From the NCBI RefSeq assembly GCF_001194135.2, contig NC_068986.1, forward strand, positions 98,862,651 through 98,906,250: 43,600 nucleotides of DNA, given 5' to 3'. Below are positions 11,775-25,058 of this stretch, one piece after another. This stretch comes from Octopus bimaculoides. Its lineage: Eukaryota. Both the position numbers and the translations under genes were made by a program. The notes beneath the pieces are model-generated. The model saw nothing but the letters and a program-made list of their open reading frames with translations, had not been told where the DNA came from and made no database searches. Numbering within the stretch: the stretch's first letter is position 1; each line of letters begins with the position of its first letter.

Positions 11775-12495
11775 CAAAAATAATACGGTTTAAGTTTACA
11801 CTAATCTAACGACATTATCCAATATTACGTAAATCTGGCGATATAATGTGATAAAAGTATTTGAAATCACAGCTTGTTTTCTATTGTAAAAAAAAATCCG
11901 TTGCACATATGTATCTCATGCTGTTCTACGCTTTTCTTGGACATTTTACTTTATTCTCTTTGTATGTATCTTCTTGCTATCTGATTCAGTAACATCTGTA
12001 GTTCTTCATTTATTCATTTTCTGCTTCTTATCTGAATTGATTTTCTCGCCCACGTCCTCTAATAATCTTCACCCGACTCTTCTGAACAATTTTATCTTTG
12101 TCTGTCAACTAGTGAATAATCTTGTACATTTACTAGGTGACTGCGTCACCACTAATATTTATATTAGAGAATATTATGAGGCTAAAAAGTAGGGTCCCAG
12201 AATTATGCCTTGTTGTACACTACATATTGCTAGACATTTTAGAAAGGGCTCTGTTGGCCGTTATGATATGACTTCAGTATTTTAGAAAATCAAAGACCTA
12301 CGTATTTAACGTTGATATTACCTGAATCTGTTTCACCTTGTGACTTAAGGTTTCTTGGTCGACGTTCTCAAGGTTACGCAGTTAGTATCTTAAAGTGACT
12401 AACAGAGTCTTCTTAATTTGGATGTGTTGTTACCGAATTAATGCGGGAAAAAACTAGTGTGTTTCTCAAAAGCTTGTCTGGAAGTTTTGAGAAAT
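11775..12495 (-). mobile_element. Degenerate CR1/L2-like LINE RT relic, copy D
   Basis: Minus strand SVQQGIILGP (aligns to GVPQGSILGP), KIKLFRRV and INEELQMLLNQIARRY. Confidence 0.7.
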
Positions 12496-12647
12496 CGAAT
12501 GCGCACACACAAACAAACACACGAGCAGGTACGCAAACACACATGTACACACGCATGCGCGCACCCTCACGCACTCAAACACACACACACATGCACTCAC
12601 ACGCACACACATGCACACACACATATGGACATATATATATTCTTTTA

Positions 12648-13127
<480 letters not shown>

Positions 13128-13634
13128 ATGTGTGTGTGTGTGTGTGTGTATATAAAGAGGTCCTTCTTACAGTATAGTGTAGCCGATTCAGAGAGAGAGA
13201 AGGGAGGGAATGTAGAATAGAAAATAGTTTTCGTCCCAATAGTTAGCTGATTGACCACGGAAAAAGGAAATGCCAAGTTTACTTCGGCTTTGTTTGAACG
13301 CAAATAGCTCCAGTAAATATAAAAATAAATTTGTCCTGTACTTTAATTATTACACAAATCATACCCTACTTCTCTGAATGTCATTATATAACCCAACTAT
13401 GTCCGGTGATGTCTCCTGCTCTTACCCTATAAAATTATATCAATGTTTACTAACATGAGAGCAAAGCCAAAACTTTACTGCGGAAGGGGCTTAATTTTAT
13501 CGGCGAAGAAAGAACGAAATGTGAATTTTCACCGTCTGATTTAAACTCAGAACGCAATAAGCAGGAAAGTATATCACAAGACACTCTAATACTTGATTGA
13601 CTAGACATCGGTCATTATATTTTCCTAACATAAG

Positions 13635-13835
13635 TGGGAGATTAGCAGGATTGTTAGAGCACGGGACAAAATTATTATTTCTTCTGGCTGTTCACATTCT
13701 AAGTTCAAATCACGCCGATTTCAGTTTTGCCTTTCATTCTTACGAGGTTGATAAAATGAAGTACCAGTCAAATATTGAAGGTGATGTAATCGATTGATCC
13801 GCTCAAAATTTCTAGCCTCGTGTTCCAATTACGAA
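13635..13835 (+). mobile_element. Diverged SINE family-1 copy
   Basis: aagttcaaatcacgccg...ttttgcctttcattc...gatgtaatcga core. Confidence 0.7.
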
Positions 13836-15849
13836 CTATAAATTATCCAAATATGGCAGGAGTTGTTGCCCGTGCGTATAGAAATAATGCTAATGATATT
13901 GGTTTCTTCCCCACAAAATTATTTCTAGTAAAACTATAGTATATGACGAAATATAAGATGATATGCGTCTGCTGGCGAACATAATAGAAATAATTCAAAA
14001 GCAGAATAAATTTTATGCTGTGAGGAAGAAGAAAAGTCTAACGTAGCTTAAAATTTATTCCTAAGTTTGAATAACTATTTCTAGTTAGCATTATAGGGTA
14101 TTATATGCTTATGGTAATTTGTTGAAAAGAAAAGAGTTAAGCAGAGAAAGGTAATGCAGATGGATGAATATGAAGAAATATTCCATAGTTTAGTCAGGGG
14201 AGAAATTACATGTTTTACAATTTAGAGGGCCTCCGTCACCAGTGAAAAGGAAGGGAAGAAACCGCATCTCCAGGGTTATATGCAGACTGGTAACATAATG
14301 CTAGTGCTTGTAAAAGTGTGCACACCCCGAAAGGCGACTCAAGACCAGATGGTGAGGCTTAAACAGCCGAAGGATTTAAGTCTGCCACCGAAGAGCAAAA
14401 AGAATTCATAGACCATCCAGGTTTTCAGCTCTTTACCTCTACCGATTTTCATTTATGCACAATGAAAGGTTTCATCTGCACGGTCTACTCGAACTTGGTG
14501 TCAGGTAGTTATAAGAGATGTTCTTAAACCAAGTTTGCGTCTGTATTTGCCAGCTTAAGTTCACAGACTATGACAGCCTGCTATAAATCTTTATAAGACT
14601 ATATCTTAGGGAGATGTAAAGTACGGAGTTTGAAGACAGGAAATAACATGTTTTCATGTTTTGATGTTTGTCTTTAATCTCTCTATCTCGGTATATCTCA
14701 GGTTGTCAGTCTTTGCGTACAGTTTCTCAATAGCTATAAATACACATAGATTTTAAAAAAACAGACACATGCATTTGCATAAGATATGTAGATAGATAGA
14801 TGGATGGATGGATGGATATGTAAGTAGGCAGGCAGACAAAGAGACAGACAGATGCAAATATATTATAGGTAGGCAGGCGGACGGTCGGACAGACAGATGC
14901 ATATATATTACATATTATATATAACTATAGAAAAACATTTACATATATACATACACATATGTAACACACATGTAACATAGGTATGTATGCATCTATTTAT
15001 TTTTCTTAAACAAGAATATTATTGACAGTGACTTCAAAGATTCGGTCAGTTAAGCCATCGTCGCACTGCGATGCACTGAGGAATCTTGACTTTATATAGT
15101 CTCAGTTGAGTTTAAATCTTCCTTGCGCGTGAGGGTTTAGGTAGAGTGGTAAATGGGTTGTTATAGAGAGGTGTTTTGGAGAAATTTTTATTGATTAAAT
15201 TTAAGGTTATGCTATTGTCTAGAATTTATTCATGCATATAGAACTTTGTAAGAAACTGTATATATTTAGGTGTGCCCCTTTTGTTAAGTAGGTATAGGAT
15301 GTGCCATTACTTTTAGTTAATTTTGGTTTTATTGGATTTAATCCTTTGATTTGACAATGTAAAAGTTAAAGGTACAAAGTACAGTATCTAAAAACTTATT
15401 AATAGAAGATTCACAAAAGAATGTAAGTAGGTGATTTGTTATAGCTGGTCAGTTCCATTACATGTTATTTAGGGTATTTCCTGTTTTTATTTGGATGATA
15501 TGGGTTATTAATCAGGTATGTCATAGAGTTTAAATATATAAAATTTATTTCTGCTATGCTTTGATGTTCACAAAAGGATTTGGTTAGGTGTAAAGTTTTT
15601 TGGTCTATATAATTGCCTTTAGGTGTAAATTGTTGTATAAGCAAATTAATTAGTACGTAAAGATTATAACTCTTGTGTTTTATGGCAGTTGCATTTGGGA
15701 GCTGTGTGTTCATAAATATTTCTTCAATTTTGTTTCAAATTTGGGTATTCTATAATATATGATTATAACATGTATATATGACATTCAAATATCCAAGCAA
15801 GTGGGTTGAGTCGTTACAAGAGTATAGACCACAAAGGCTCGATAAAATA

Positions 15850-16090
15850 TCAGGTGAAACATGTCCCTAATGGTTATAAGTCCGAATTATAGGTATTAGG
15901 TAAAGCTGGTCATTGTAGGTAGAATCCAAAGTTGAATCCAAAGAAAGGAGGAAGAAGGGGTGCTGATAGTATCTTGCAGTTGATTTTAAAATAGATGCGC
16001 AGAAGGTGTTTCCATGCAAACGATCGGCAGCCTACAATGTAGTTGCGATCTGTTCCATTATCAGAGAAAGAATGAAATAGATATAACCCC
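15850..16090 (+). repeat. Partial copy of the unclassified element at 16576-17340, in the opposite orientation
   Basis: About 240 bp clearly alignable to the reverse complement of ~17120-17340 (aggtgaaacatgt...gtaggtagaatccaaag...ggcagcctaca...gttccattatc). Confidence 0.85.
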
Positions 16091-16110
16091 CATATCACGA
16101 CAAATGGAAC

Positions 16111-16182
<72 letters not shown>

Positions 16183-16185
16183 GTA

Positions 16186-16520
16186 AAATAAATAGAGGTA
16201 ACTCGAATGTGGACAAAATACAAAGACCTGGAAATAGAGGTAACTCAAATGTGGAATCTAAAAACAGAAACAATTCCTATCATAGTAGGTGCCTTAGGTA
16301 TAATAAAAAAATATTCAGACAAATACATAGCAAAAACACCAGGACTTACAAATATATATAACATACAGAAAATTGCACTACTGGGCACTGCACACATCCT
16401 ACGCAAAACACTTTCAATACAGTAACCAGAAGAGCACCACAGCAAACCACAGCACATACCCAAGGCGCACAGAGCTGCGCTCGGTAGTGAAGTGAAAGCA
16501 CGTTATAAAAATAAAACTAC
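16186..16520 (+). mobile_element. R4/Dong-like retrotransposon 3' fragment inside a (TAA)n tract
   Basis: KYKDLEIEVTQMWNLKTETIPIIVGALGII...IQKIALLGTAHILRKTLSIQ*, with (TAA)n on both sides. Confidence 0.85.
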
Positions 16521-16575
16521 TGAACAATAATGATAATAATAACAACAACAACAACTAATAATAATAATAATAATG

Positions 16576-17340
16576 GAAGCTTTATTGGCAGTAAACTTCT
16601 AAACTTGAATCTCTTCGTAGTCAGCTGATTTACTTACATTACCCCTCACTCATGTTACTTCTCTCCTCTACTTACCATAATCCTTTCCTTCCCACAAACA
16701 TTGTGTTTGCTTACCTTATCACACAGCTATTGGCTAACAGGTATGTTTTAGTTTTTACGTTCCCCATCCCACCCTGAAACTCTAAGCCCTTTCTTCACAT
16801 TATCCCCTGCTTCCGGTGGCTAGTCTAGCTAACTGATAATTCTAATTTACTTGCCTCAGCCTCATTAGTTGTCCGCAATCTACACATATTGCTTTTCACA
16901 CCATCCCAATTAGCATTTCCTTTCCCTGCCAATACTGGCATAGGCCATGTATTCTATATATCTTCCTCTAACTCTTGAAGTTATATATCTATCCTTTGTT
17001 GTGTTTGTTAGTATCTACCAATCTTCCTATTATTGTGACCGTGTATTCTCATGCCTCTCCCCTTTTAGGCTCACCTCTCTACACCTCCCACAACTCGTAG
17101 ATCATTTTATCATGTTAAGACCCTATCTCATTCTTCCCTCGATAATGGAACACATCGTAGCTACAATGTAGGCTGCCGATAGTTTGCATGGAAACGCATC
17201 CTATGCGCATCTATTTTTAAAACAACTGCAAGAAACTATCAGCACCGCTTCTTCCTCCTTTCCTCTGATTCAGCTTTGGATTCTACCTACGATTACCAGC
17301 CTTACTTAATACCAATAAATACGAACATGTTTCACCTAAT
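16576..17340 (-). repeat. Unclassified ~760-bp element, possibly a solo LTR
   Basis: Non-coding. The minus strand ends AATAAAgcttcCA, and a second partial copy lies at 15850. No TSD is resolvable because both flanks are microsatellites. Confidence 0.4.
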
Positions 17341-17353
17341 ATATATATATATT

Positions 17354-17545
17354 AGGCGCAGGAGTGGCTGTGTGGTAAGTAGCTTGCTTACCAACACATG
17401 GTTCCGGGTTCAGTCCCACTGTGTGGCACGTTGGGCAAGTGACATCTGCTATAGCCTCGGGCTGACCAAAGCCTTATAAGTGGATTTTGGTAGACGGAAA
17501 CTGAAAGAAGCCCGTTTTATATATGTGTATGTGTGCGTGTGTGTG

Positions 17546-17589
<44 letters not shown>

Positions 17590-17810
17590 CGTGTGTGTGT
17601 ATGCGTGCGTGTGTTTGTCCTCCGCCCAACATCGCTTGACAGCCGATGCAGGTGTGTTTAAGTTCCCGTAACTTAGCGGTTCGGCAAAGAGATCGATAGA
17701 ATAAGTACTAGACTTACAAAGAATAAGTTCTGGGGTCGATTTGCTCGACTAAAGGCGGTGCTCCAGCATGGCTGCAGTCCAATGACTGAAACAAGTAAAA
17801 GAGAAAAGAA
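17354..17810 (+). mobile_element. Near full-length tRNA-like SINE family-2 copy
   Basis: aggcgcaggagtggctgtgtggtaag (A-box-like), ggttcagtccc (B-box-like), central (TG)n and tail aatgactgaaacaagtaaaagag. Confidence 0.92.
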
Positions 17811-17956
17811 TATAAAAGAATATAGATAGATAGATAGACAGACAGACAGAGAGAGAGAGAAATTAGTAGATAGATATATAGAGAAAGAGAGATAGAAATT
17901 GATAGATAGATAGAGAGAGAGAGAAATTGATAGATAGATAGATAGACAGATAGATA

Positions 17957-20634
17957 ACTTTCTTTATTAGCCGCTGAACACAGAGGGACAAATACAAATG
18001 TAGAATTTTTCTTTTCGAAAATGAAAAAGAAAAGGGGAAAAATAAGAAAAAAAAAGTAAAATTCCGGTCAAAATGGATCGGGAAATAAAAAACGATCAAA
18101 AGGGATCGTGTATCACAGAAGAATTTTTAAAATGTAAAAAGCAAGATTAGGTTTATCCGTGGAAAGAAAAACCTACGGAAAAGACCACGGTAACCTCAGG
18201 AAGTGAGGGAATAAACACATGAGAGCAAAGTGCTCTCTCTCTCTCTTTTTTCCATTTACAGGATCATGCTCAAAGTGGTTTCGTCACTCGCACGCCCCAT
18301 CTTTGCTACATTCACCCACCTTTTTATTTAAATTTTCACGAGACAGAACCTGCCTCTCCATTCTCACATTCCTTTTCAAGTGGTACTTGAAAAAGTTGAT
18401 GAGTGATTGGCTAGAGGGGTAAGTGTTTGTCTCTAATCCTTTCGCTCAAGTTCACCACACACATTCTTTCATCATGGCCACCAGTACGATGAAGACTGCC
18501 TTGCCTTCTCGGTTGATGGAAGGTGGCGGAGAAATTTTAACAACATACTCAGCCGACAGGCGGACTCGTCCCACACGTGACAGCAGCCGTTCGGCATAAG
18601 CCCACAGGTCGGAAATGGTTGGACACTGCACGAATGCGTGCAGAACAGTTTCGTCGCTCTGATCGCATCTCGGGCAAGTCGGTCCGGTGTGTCTCGAACC
18701 GTGCCTGTAGAGCTTATCCCGAACAGGTAATGCTTCTCGATAGCACTGCCATACCAGGGATCGTTGGTGATTGTTCATAGGTCCCGGCCCAAAAGTTGTC
18801 CTGGACAGGCGTGTAAGGTGTTCCTCGTCGAGGCCAAGATTCTGCCCGAGAACGTCGTCGCACCTCCCCTCCACTAATCCTCTATAGAACGCCTTTGTTG
18901 TAATGAAGTCGCACAAGTTTGGTACCGGACGGCAGAGTTGCTTGAAAGCTGATGTTTGAAAGTTGGTATTTTACCTAATGTATTCCATTCGAGCTTACGG
19001 CTGTCAACGTTGTTGTAGGGTTTGGTGTTAGTGTGTTTGTGTTGATGCCAATCCTCTGTGTCGTCTTCATCTGACAACATGTCGGAGGAATCAGGTGGGA
19101 GCGGAAGGGTATTGGGTTCTATTTCTGAGTGTGTTGACTGTGTTGTTGGTGTTGGTGCTGGTTGGTGACAGATGGGGTGTGGTGTATGGGTTTTTGGGGG
19201 TTGGATATGAGTCTTTTTGGTTTTCTCTTCCTCCTTTGAAGTTGTTGTTGTAGGTGGTGGTGGTGATGATGGTGTTGTTTCTGTTCTAGGTGGCGCTGCT
19301 GGTGGTGGTGATGATGGTGTTGTTTCTGTTCTAGGTGGCGCTGCTGGTGGTGGTGTTGTTTGGTTGGGCTGACTTGTTGGTTGCTGATGTTCCTTTATTT
19401 GCTTGTAGAGCTGTTTAATTAGTTGTGCATATAGCGGAGTGGGTAGCAGTGCTGTTTTTTTGCTCGGTTTTTGGTTTTCTTGTGATTGTTGTTGTTGTTT
19501 ATCGCGATGTTGTTGTTGTTGTTTTTCGCGATGTTGTTGTTGTTGTTGTTGCTTCTGTGCTAGTGGGCAATTAATTTGTAAGTGTGCTTTGCTACCACAA
19601 ACGTAGCAACGTGGCTTTCTGCCTTCGACAGCCACATGCAAACTCGAATCCTCTGTCAATTGGATTCGAAATTCTTCGGATCAATTTGAGCAAGCATTTC
19701 GACTTCTTGGCCAATCCAGTTTTGTTGGTCTAGGTCAGCGATTTCCAAGATATGGATTTCGTCCTCGATGTCATAACAAATGGCAGACACGAGCCATTTT
19801 ATTTCTACTTCAGGAGGCACATTCTTTATATTTATTTTTGTGACCCTGTGACCAAGGTATGTAGGGATCATCAGGAAATTTTCAGATTGGAAGGACTTTG
19901 TGGAGAGGTCCTTGGTTCTTTACTGTCGAATCGAACTTCGATCGTGGAAAATATGTTTCCCCTAGTGATGTAGTCTTTAAAGGCCCATGTGAGTCTTAAA
20001 CATTTTCTACATTTTCTTGAGTGGCCCTTTCGTATAGCCTTGTTTTTAGGTTGAGTGTAATGTAAATAATTGGGGGTTTTTTGCGATTTTTCCGTGATAT
20101 TTTGTGGTGTCTGTTGTTGTATGCTGTGGTCGCCTTTTTTAAACATTGCTTTACAGCAAGCAGTTCTTCCTTGGAAAAGCACATGATTTTTTTTTCTTTA
20201 GCTTTAAAGCTGCGACAAAATTATTTTCAGTATTCGTATTGGTTGTGGTGGTGATGGCGGTAGTGGTGGTAGCTGTGATGGAGGCACTGTTTATAATAGT
20301 AAATATATTCGCTTCTTTGTACGTATTTTCTAAAGCTTGTGTGCGTTCAACCTGAACGGCTTTGGTTTCAGCTTCCTTCGCCTCTGACTTTGTTAGAGGC
20401 GGGAAGTCGGCTTCATGGTTTGGCTTAGCCATTTTCGATTTGAAATATGGCAAGGAAACCGAAGAAATTTTTTTTTAAAGTTTTCGAAATGAACTCCAAA
20501 TGAAGTTATTTCCTATTACCATATTTACTGGGGTTGAAGTAGATGGTTTTAGACACTTCTTTCATAAAAAATATTTGGCAAATAAAACGTTTTTCCATAC
20601 AAAAAGGCCAACTTTTCTACCGTCCATTCACAGC
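17957..20634 (-). mobile_element. Tx1/L1-like LINE derivative: frameshifted ORF1 joined to the ORF2 C-terminus; endonuclease and RT absent
   Basis: ORF1 pieces at 20453-18874 include YLGHRVTKINIKNVPPEV and a CCHC knuckle (CYVCGSKAHLQINC). ORF2 piece 18916-18452 has the zf-RVT-like CPRCDQSDETVLHAFVQC. The 3' tail is ttgtccctctgtgttcagcggctaataaagaaag, and (GATA)n lies on both flanks. Confidence 0.88.
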
Positions 20635-20910
20635 GAGATAGATAGATAGATAGACATCTGTATGTAAGTGTGTATATATCATTTCTGCATGTTACTTGAC
20701 TATATTTTCAAATATCTCTTCGTATTTCTTGCAATCTACATATTATTCGACAAATTATCGTTTTAAGCCTGATTGTGTTCACCTTTATTGAGGCCCACTC
20801 GCTATTTCGACTTGCACAAATTCATGCTAATACATGAATATGAAATATTTATTCATATTAATATGAAATTTATTTATATAGATATATTATACAAATATAT
20901 ATACGTATAG

Positions 20911-20958
<48 letters not shown>

Positions 20959-21015
20959 NNNNNNNNNNNNNNNNNNNNNNNNNNNNNNNNNNNNNNNNNN
21001 NNNNNNNNNNNNNNN

Positions 21016-21057
<42 letters not shown>

Positions 21058-21567
21058 GAAAGGGAGATAACAGACACACAAACAAGAAGATAAAGGAAAT
21101 GTGTGTGTGTACATATATATGTATATACATGTGTATATATAATATATATATATAGGTGTGTATATGTATGCATGCATATATGCGTGTATATATGTATTTA
21201 GGCATATTATATATATATACATATATATATATTAAATATATATATATTAAACATATATATATATATGACAGACAGACAGACAAAGTAAGAGAAAGAGAGG
21301 AAAACAAGGTGCAGTGGAATAGAATATTCGGATGGTCGCTCTCAAAAATTAATCAAACGGAACTGAATAGGAACTGCCATAGATAAAACGAAGTATTTCA
21401 GAGTGTATGGAGCATAACGTAATTTAAGTAGAAATATGCTGCAGAGAAAACGAATTTTTACATATCAAAAGAATTGTTTCAAAATTACTCTTGTGAAGAA
21501 TACACACGGAGTATATGTATACACGTATAGATGTAGGTAAATAAGTGTGTATGTGTATGTGTTTGCA

Positions 21568-21608
<41 letters not shown>

Positions 21609-22382
21609 TTATGTGTTTCTAAGTAGAAAGATTACTCAATGCATAAGTGGAGTAAATATAATTATTTTTATTGAAGTTTTCCCCTTTTCCGTTATCAGTT
21701 TCTTATATTTTTATTTTTATCCTTATCTCTTGTTTTATGTATTCTCATTTTTATTTACTTCTTGTATTCCTTCACTGGTTTCACTCATTGGTGTTTGACC
21801 ATACTGGGTTAGAGAGTTCAAAAGTTTAATCGATATACCTCGACACAATACTTCCTCAGTTATTTATTTTATCAAATAAGGAGATGGAAAGTCGTAAACT
21901 CTATTACCTCAGCTTGTGTTATGAGTAACTATATAGTGCCAAGTTCACAGGTTTGGGACTGAGTTGGCCTTCTGAATGTTATCATCCCGAACCATCGTGT
22001 AGACGAGGAACACTATACGAATAGAAATAAGCGAAAGAAAGATTAAAAACGAGGTACTTCTGATAAATCACCCGATGAGACACATCTACACAGTCGATGC
22101 ACAACAACTGTTTGTATAGCACCTTACCCGTGCGGCTTCGGTGCATGATGGGCTGAAACGATCGTAAGGAATAATAAAGTATCTCGTGAATTTCATTTTC
22201 TTTCTCTCATATTTTCCATAAACTCTACGGATACGAGGGAAATACTGTGGCATATACCTCCACACTGTTGATGACATCAGGTAATTGAATACTGTGATTG
22301 GGCTTCAAAACTGTGAAAAGGCATACTACAAGGTATATACCCCGGTATAAAATTTTACTGACAGACAGACAGACAGACAGAC

Positions 22383-22415
<33 letters not shown>

Positions 22416-22904
22416 TACAATTTTTAAATTCGAAAGTAATATTTCAACCGGTCGAATTTTTAAGATATATTTTCTGGAATGTTTTGCATGTACCTAAAGG
22501 CTGGAATAATTTTCCGTATTATTTAAATACCTGTTCTATAATTATATTAAACATAGAATTTATACATTCGTTATATTCAAGCAAGTCTGTATTCTTTAGA
22601 TGATCCCAGTTTTAATTCTATACCAGTCGAATTCCAGTAAGAGCGTTCTTTCTTAACCTATTTAGCTCTTAGTCAAGAGGAAAGGCTCATGATACACTAC
22701 AGGATCTCCGAGACTAGTCGGTGGGGAAGGGGAAGTGGCCTCAACTAGAAACTTGGATTCAGTGTTTACATCCAAGGTATCAAGTAGGAGCTTAAACCAG
22801 GAGGCGGAGTTTGTCTACCACTGAGTCAGACTAATTGCTTTCTGTTTCACTGATGAACAATAGACAGACCAAACAGGAAATAGATATGTTCGTTTCAAAT
22901 TTAA

Positions 22905-23285
22905 GAATGAGACCAGCAATTAGGGGAAACAGGTAAGTTGATTACATCGACTATAGTACTCAATTGATGCTTTTTATTAACCCCAGAAGGATGACAGGTA
23001 AAGCCGACCTCCACAAAATTTGAACTCAGAACGTCAACTCTGAAGAAATGCGTTTTTCCCGACGCACTAACGATTCAGCCAGCTCGCTGTCCTAATATGT
23101 TGTATTAATTACCAATAACCTCAAGGCGGTGAGCTAGCACGATGGTTAACACACCGTATAAAATGCTTAGCGGCACTTCGTCCGTTCTGAGTTCAAATTC
23201 CGTCGAACGTAGAACATAAAGGCGGAAGAAATGCCGCTAAGTATTTTTCCTTGTGCGGTAACGATTCTGGCAACTCGAAGCCTTG
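22905..23285. mobile_element. SINE family-1 cluster: 22905-23095 (-), 23123-23195 (+, partial), 23200-23285 (-, partial)
   Basis: Family head and core motifs in alternating orientation. Confidence 0.8.
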
Positions 23286-23544
23286 AATGAAATAGATATA
23301 TTAAAACTAATTCAACTACGCATTAATTTTCATGCAGATGGCGTCTAAACGTCAAGCATAGCTTTTCTCATTGTCATGAAATTTAAAATGATAATATTTC
23401 GAAATGTTTAGAATTTGGTATTAATCATTTTCACTCGATATGACTCGAGGAAATTCATGAAGAGCTATTCAGAGGATTTAATTCAAAAGAATGTTACCAT
23501 AAAATTCCAATATACATAATCTACATCCTTCCCTCTATGCGTGC

Positions 23545-23593
<49 letters not shown>

Positions 23594-24545
23594 CGCGCGT
23601 GTCTACCTAGATATATAGATATATGTATGTATGTATGTGTGCGTGTATTTGTGTGTTTACATATGCAAGTTGGAATATATAAATGTAATTATACTTTGTA
23701 ATTGAATCTAATAGAATTTAACATCTAAGAATTTCAAAATTTTCAGTTAACAATTGCCAAAATATTCAGTGTTCAATTCAGTGACTTCAGCTCAATTATA
23801 TCATATTTAAACATTAACGTAGAATTACTCTATTGTCCTCTGACATTAATGGCATTGCACTGTATATAATAGTGTGCACGTGTCGTCAAAAATTTAAAAT
23901 AAGTCTATTACTTATAGAGAATAACACATTCAGTCAAACCAACAAATGAATCCATTGATAACATTTTTAGGTAAATTTCACCCTTATTTGTACATCTACC
24001 AACGCTATACCGGACTATCTGGTGTCACTCGAAACAATATACTGCAGATATTTCTGCATCATGAATTAGTCCCTCACAAAAATAGAAGGGATCTTGGGCT
24101 TTTTGTCACTGCCTTAAACTCCAACAGCATTGAACCAGTAATTAATATTATATATTGCCATTAAGATTTAAATATGATAGCGTATACTCTCAGAAAACCT
24201 GCTGCCTCACAACGTTTGATATAAGTATATAGCAACTTGTCTGTCAAAAGCAATAGCATTTTCTACTTAATATTTTGAAATCGCCACTGAACCATGTATG
24301 AAATTTTATTTCGAAAAAATTTTACGATATTCTTTACACCTAAAATATTATTCCAGAAGTTCTTTTAATCACAATATTTGTAGTAAAACTGCAAAAGATG
24401 TTATTATTCCTCATCGTTATTAATCAGGGTATTAAGATTGTTCCTATTTCTTGTCTTGCTTGAAGCAGCTTCCACTACAAGATCCAGTCTTTGTTGCGGT
24501 GAGGTGACTTATGTGCCTTTAATGACTTCAAGAGTTATGCCCTTG

Positions 24546-25058
24546 GAAGGATCTTTGGCGGAATATTACTTTGTGCATGGCATATAACCCTTCATAACTT
24601 TTTTCATTTTTTGGGAATTTTCAGAAAATTTTTACGAATTTGTGTTCTACGCACGGGAATTCATACGTCTATGCAAAAACCTAAAAAAATATTTTTGGTA
24701 TGATTTAACGGGTATTTGGCTGTGGGTTTGTTTTAGCTCATCTCACGACCACCTCATACCGTTCTCATTTGTTTGTCACTGATGTATTGCTGTTTTTCAA
24801 TATCTTTCTTCCCATAAATACATTTAATGGTCTATTGCTAGAATTTGAGCCAAAAATTTGGACTGTCCGTATTTTAAACGGTGATTGTTAAAAATTGAAA
24901 CAAACTTTCCAAAAATTTTTTTTAATATTTTTTTCATAGTCGTATGAATTCCCGTGTGTAAAACACAAATACAGACACATTTTCTGAAAATTCCAAAAAG
25001 TAAAAAAGTTTTGAAAGATTACATGCCGTGCGCAAAGAAGAATTCCACCTGATCTTTC
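24546..25058. mobile_element. MITE-like element with ~130-bp imperfect terminal inverted repeats
   Basis: The left arm (gaaggatc...ggaattttcagaaaat...cacgggaattcatacgtctatg) matches the reverse complement of ~24925-25058. No clear TSD. Confidence 0.8.

Noticed and set aside
15100-15720. Possible degenerate coding remnants here and at ~6100-6720, 14100-14640 and 31280-31680
   Set aside because: They look like decayed transposon sequence, but no motif was clear enough to assign a family.
17354-17430. tRNA gene
   Set aside because: The A/B-box-like head continues into a SINE body present in several copies, and no complete cloverleaf is evident.
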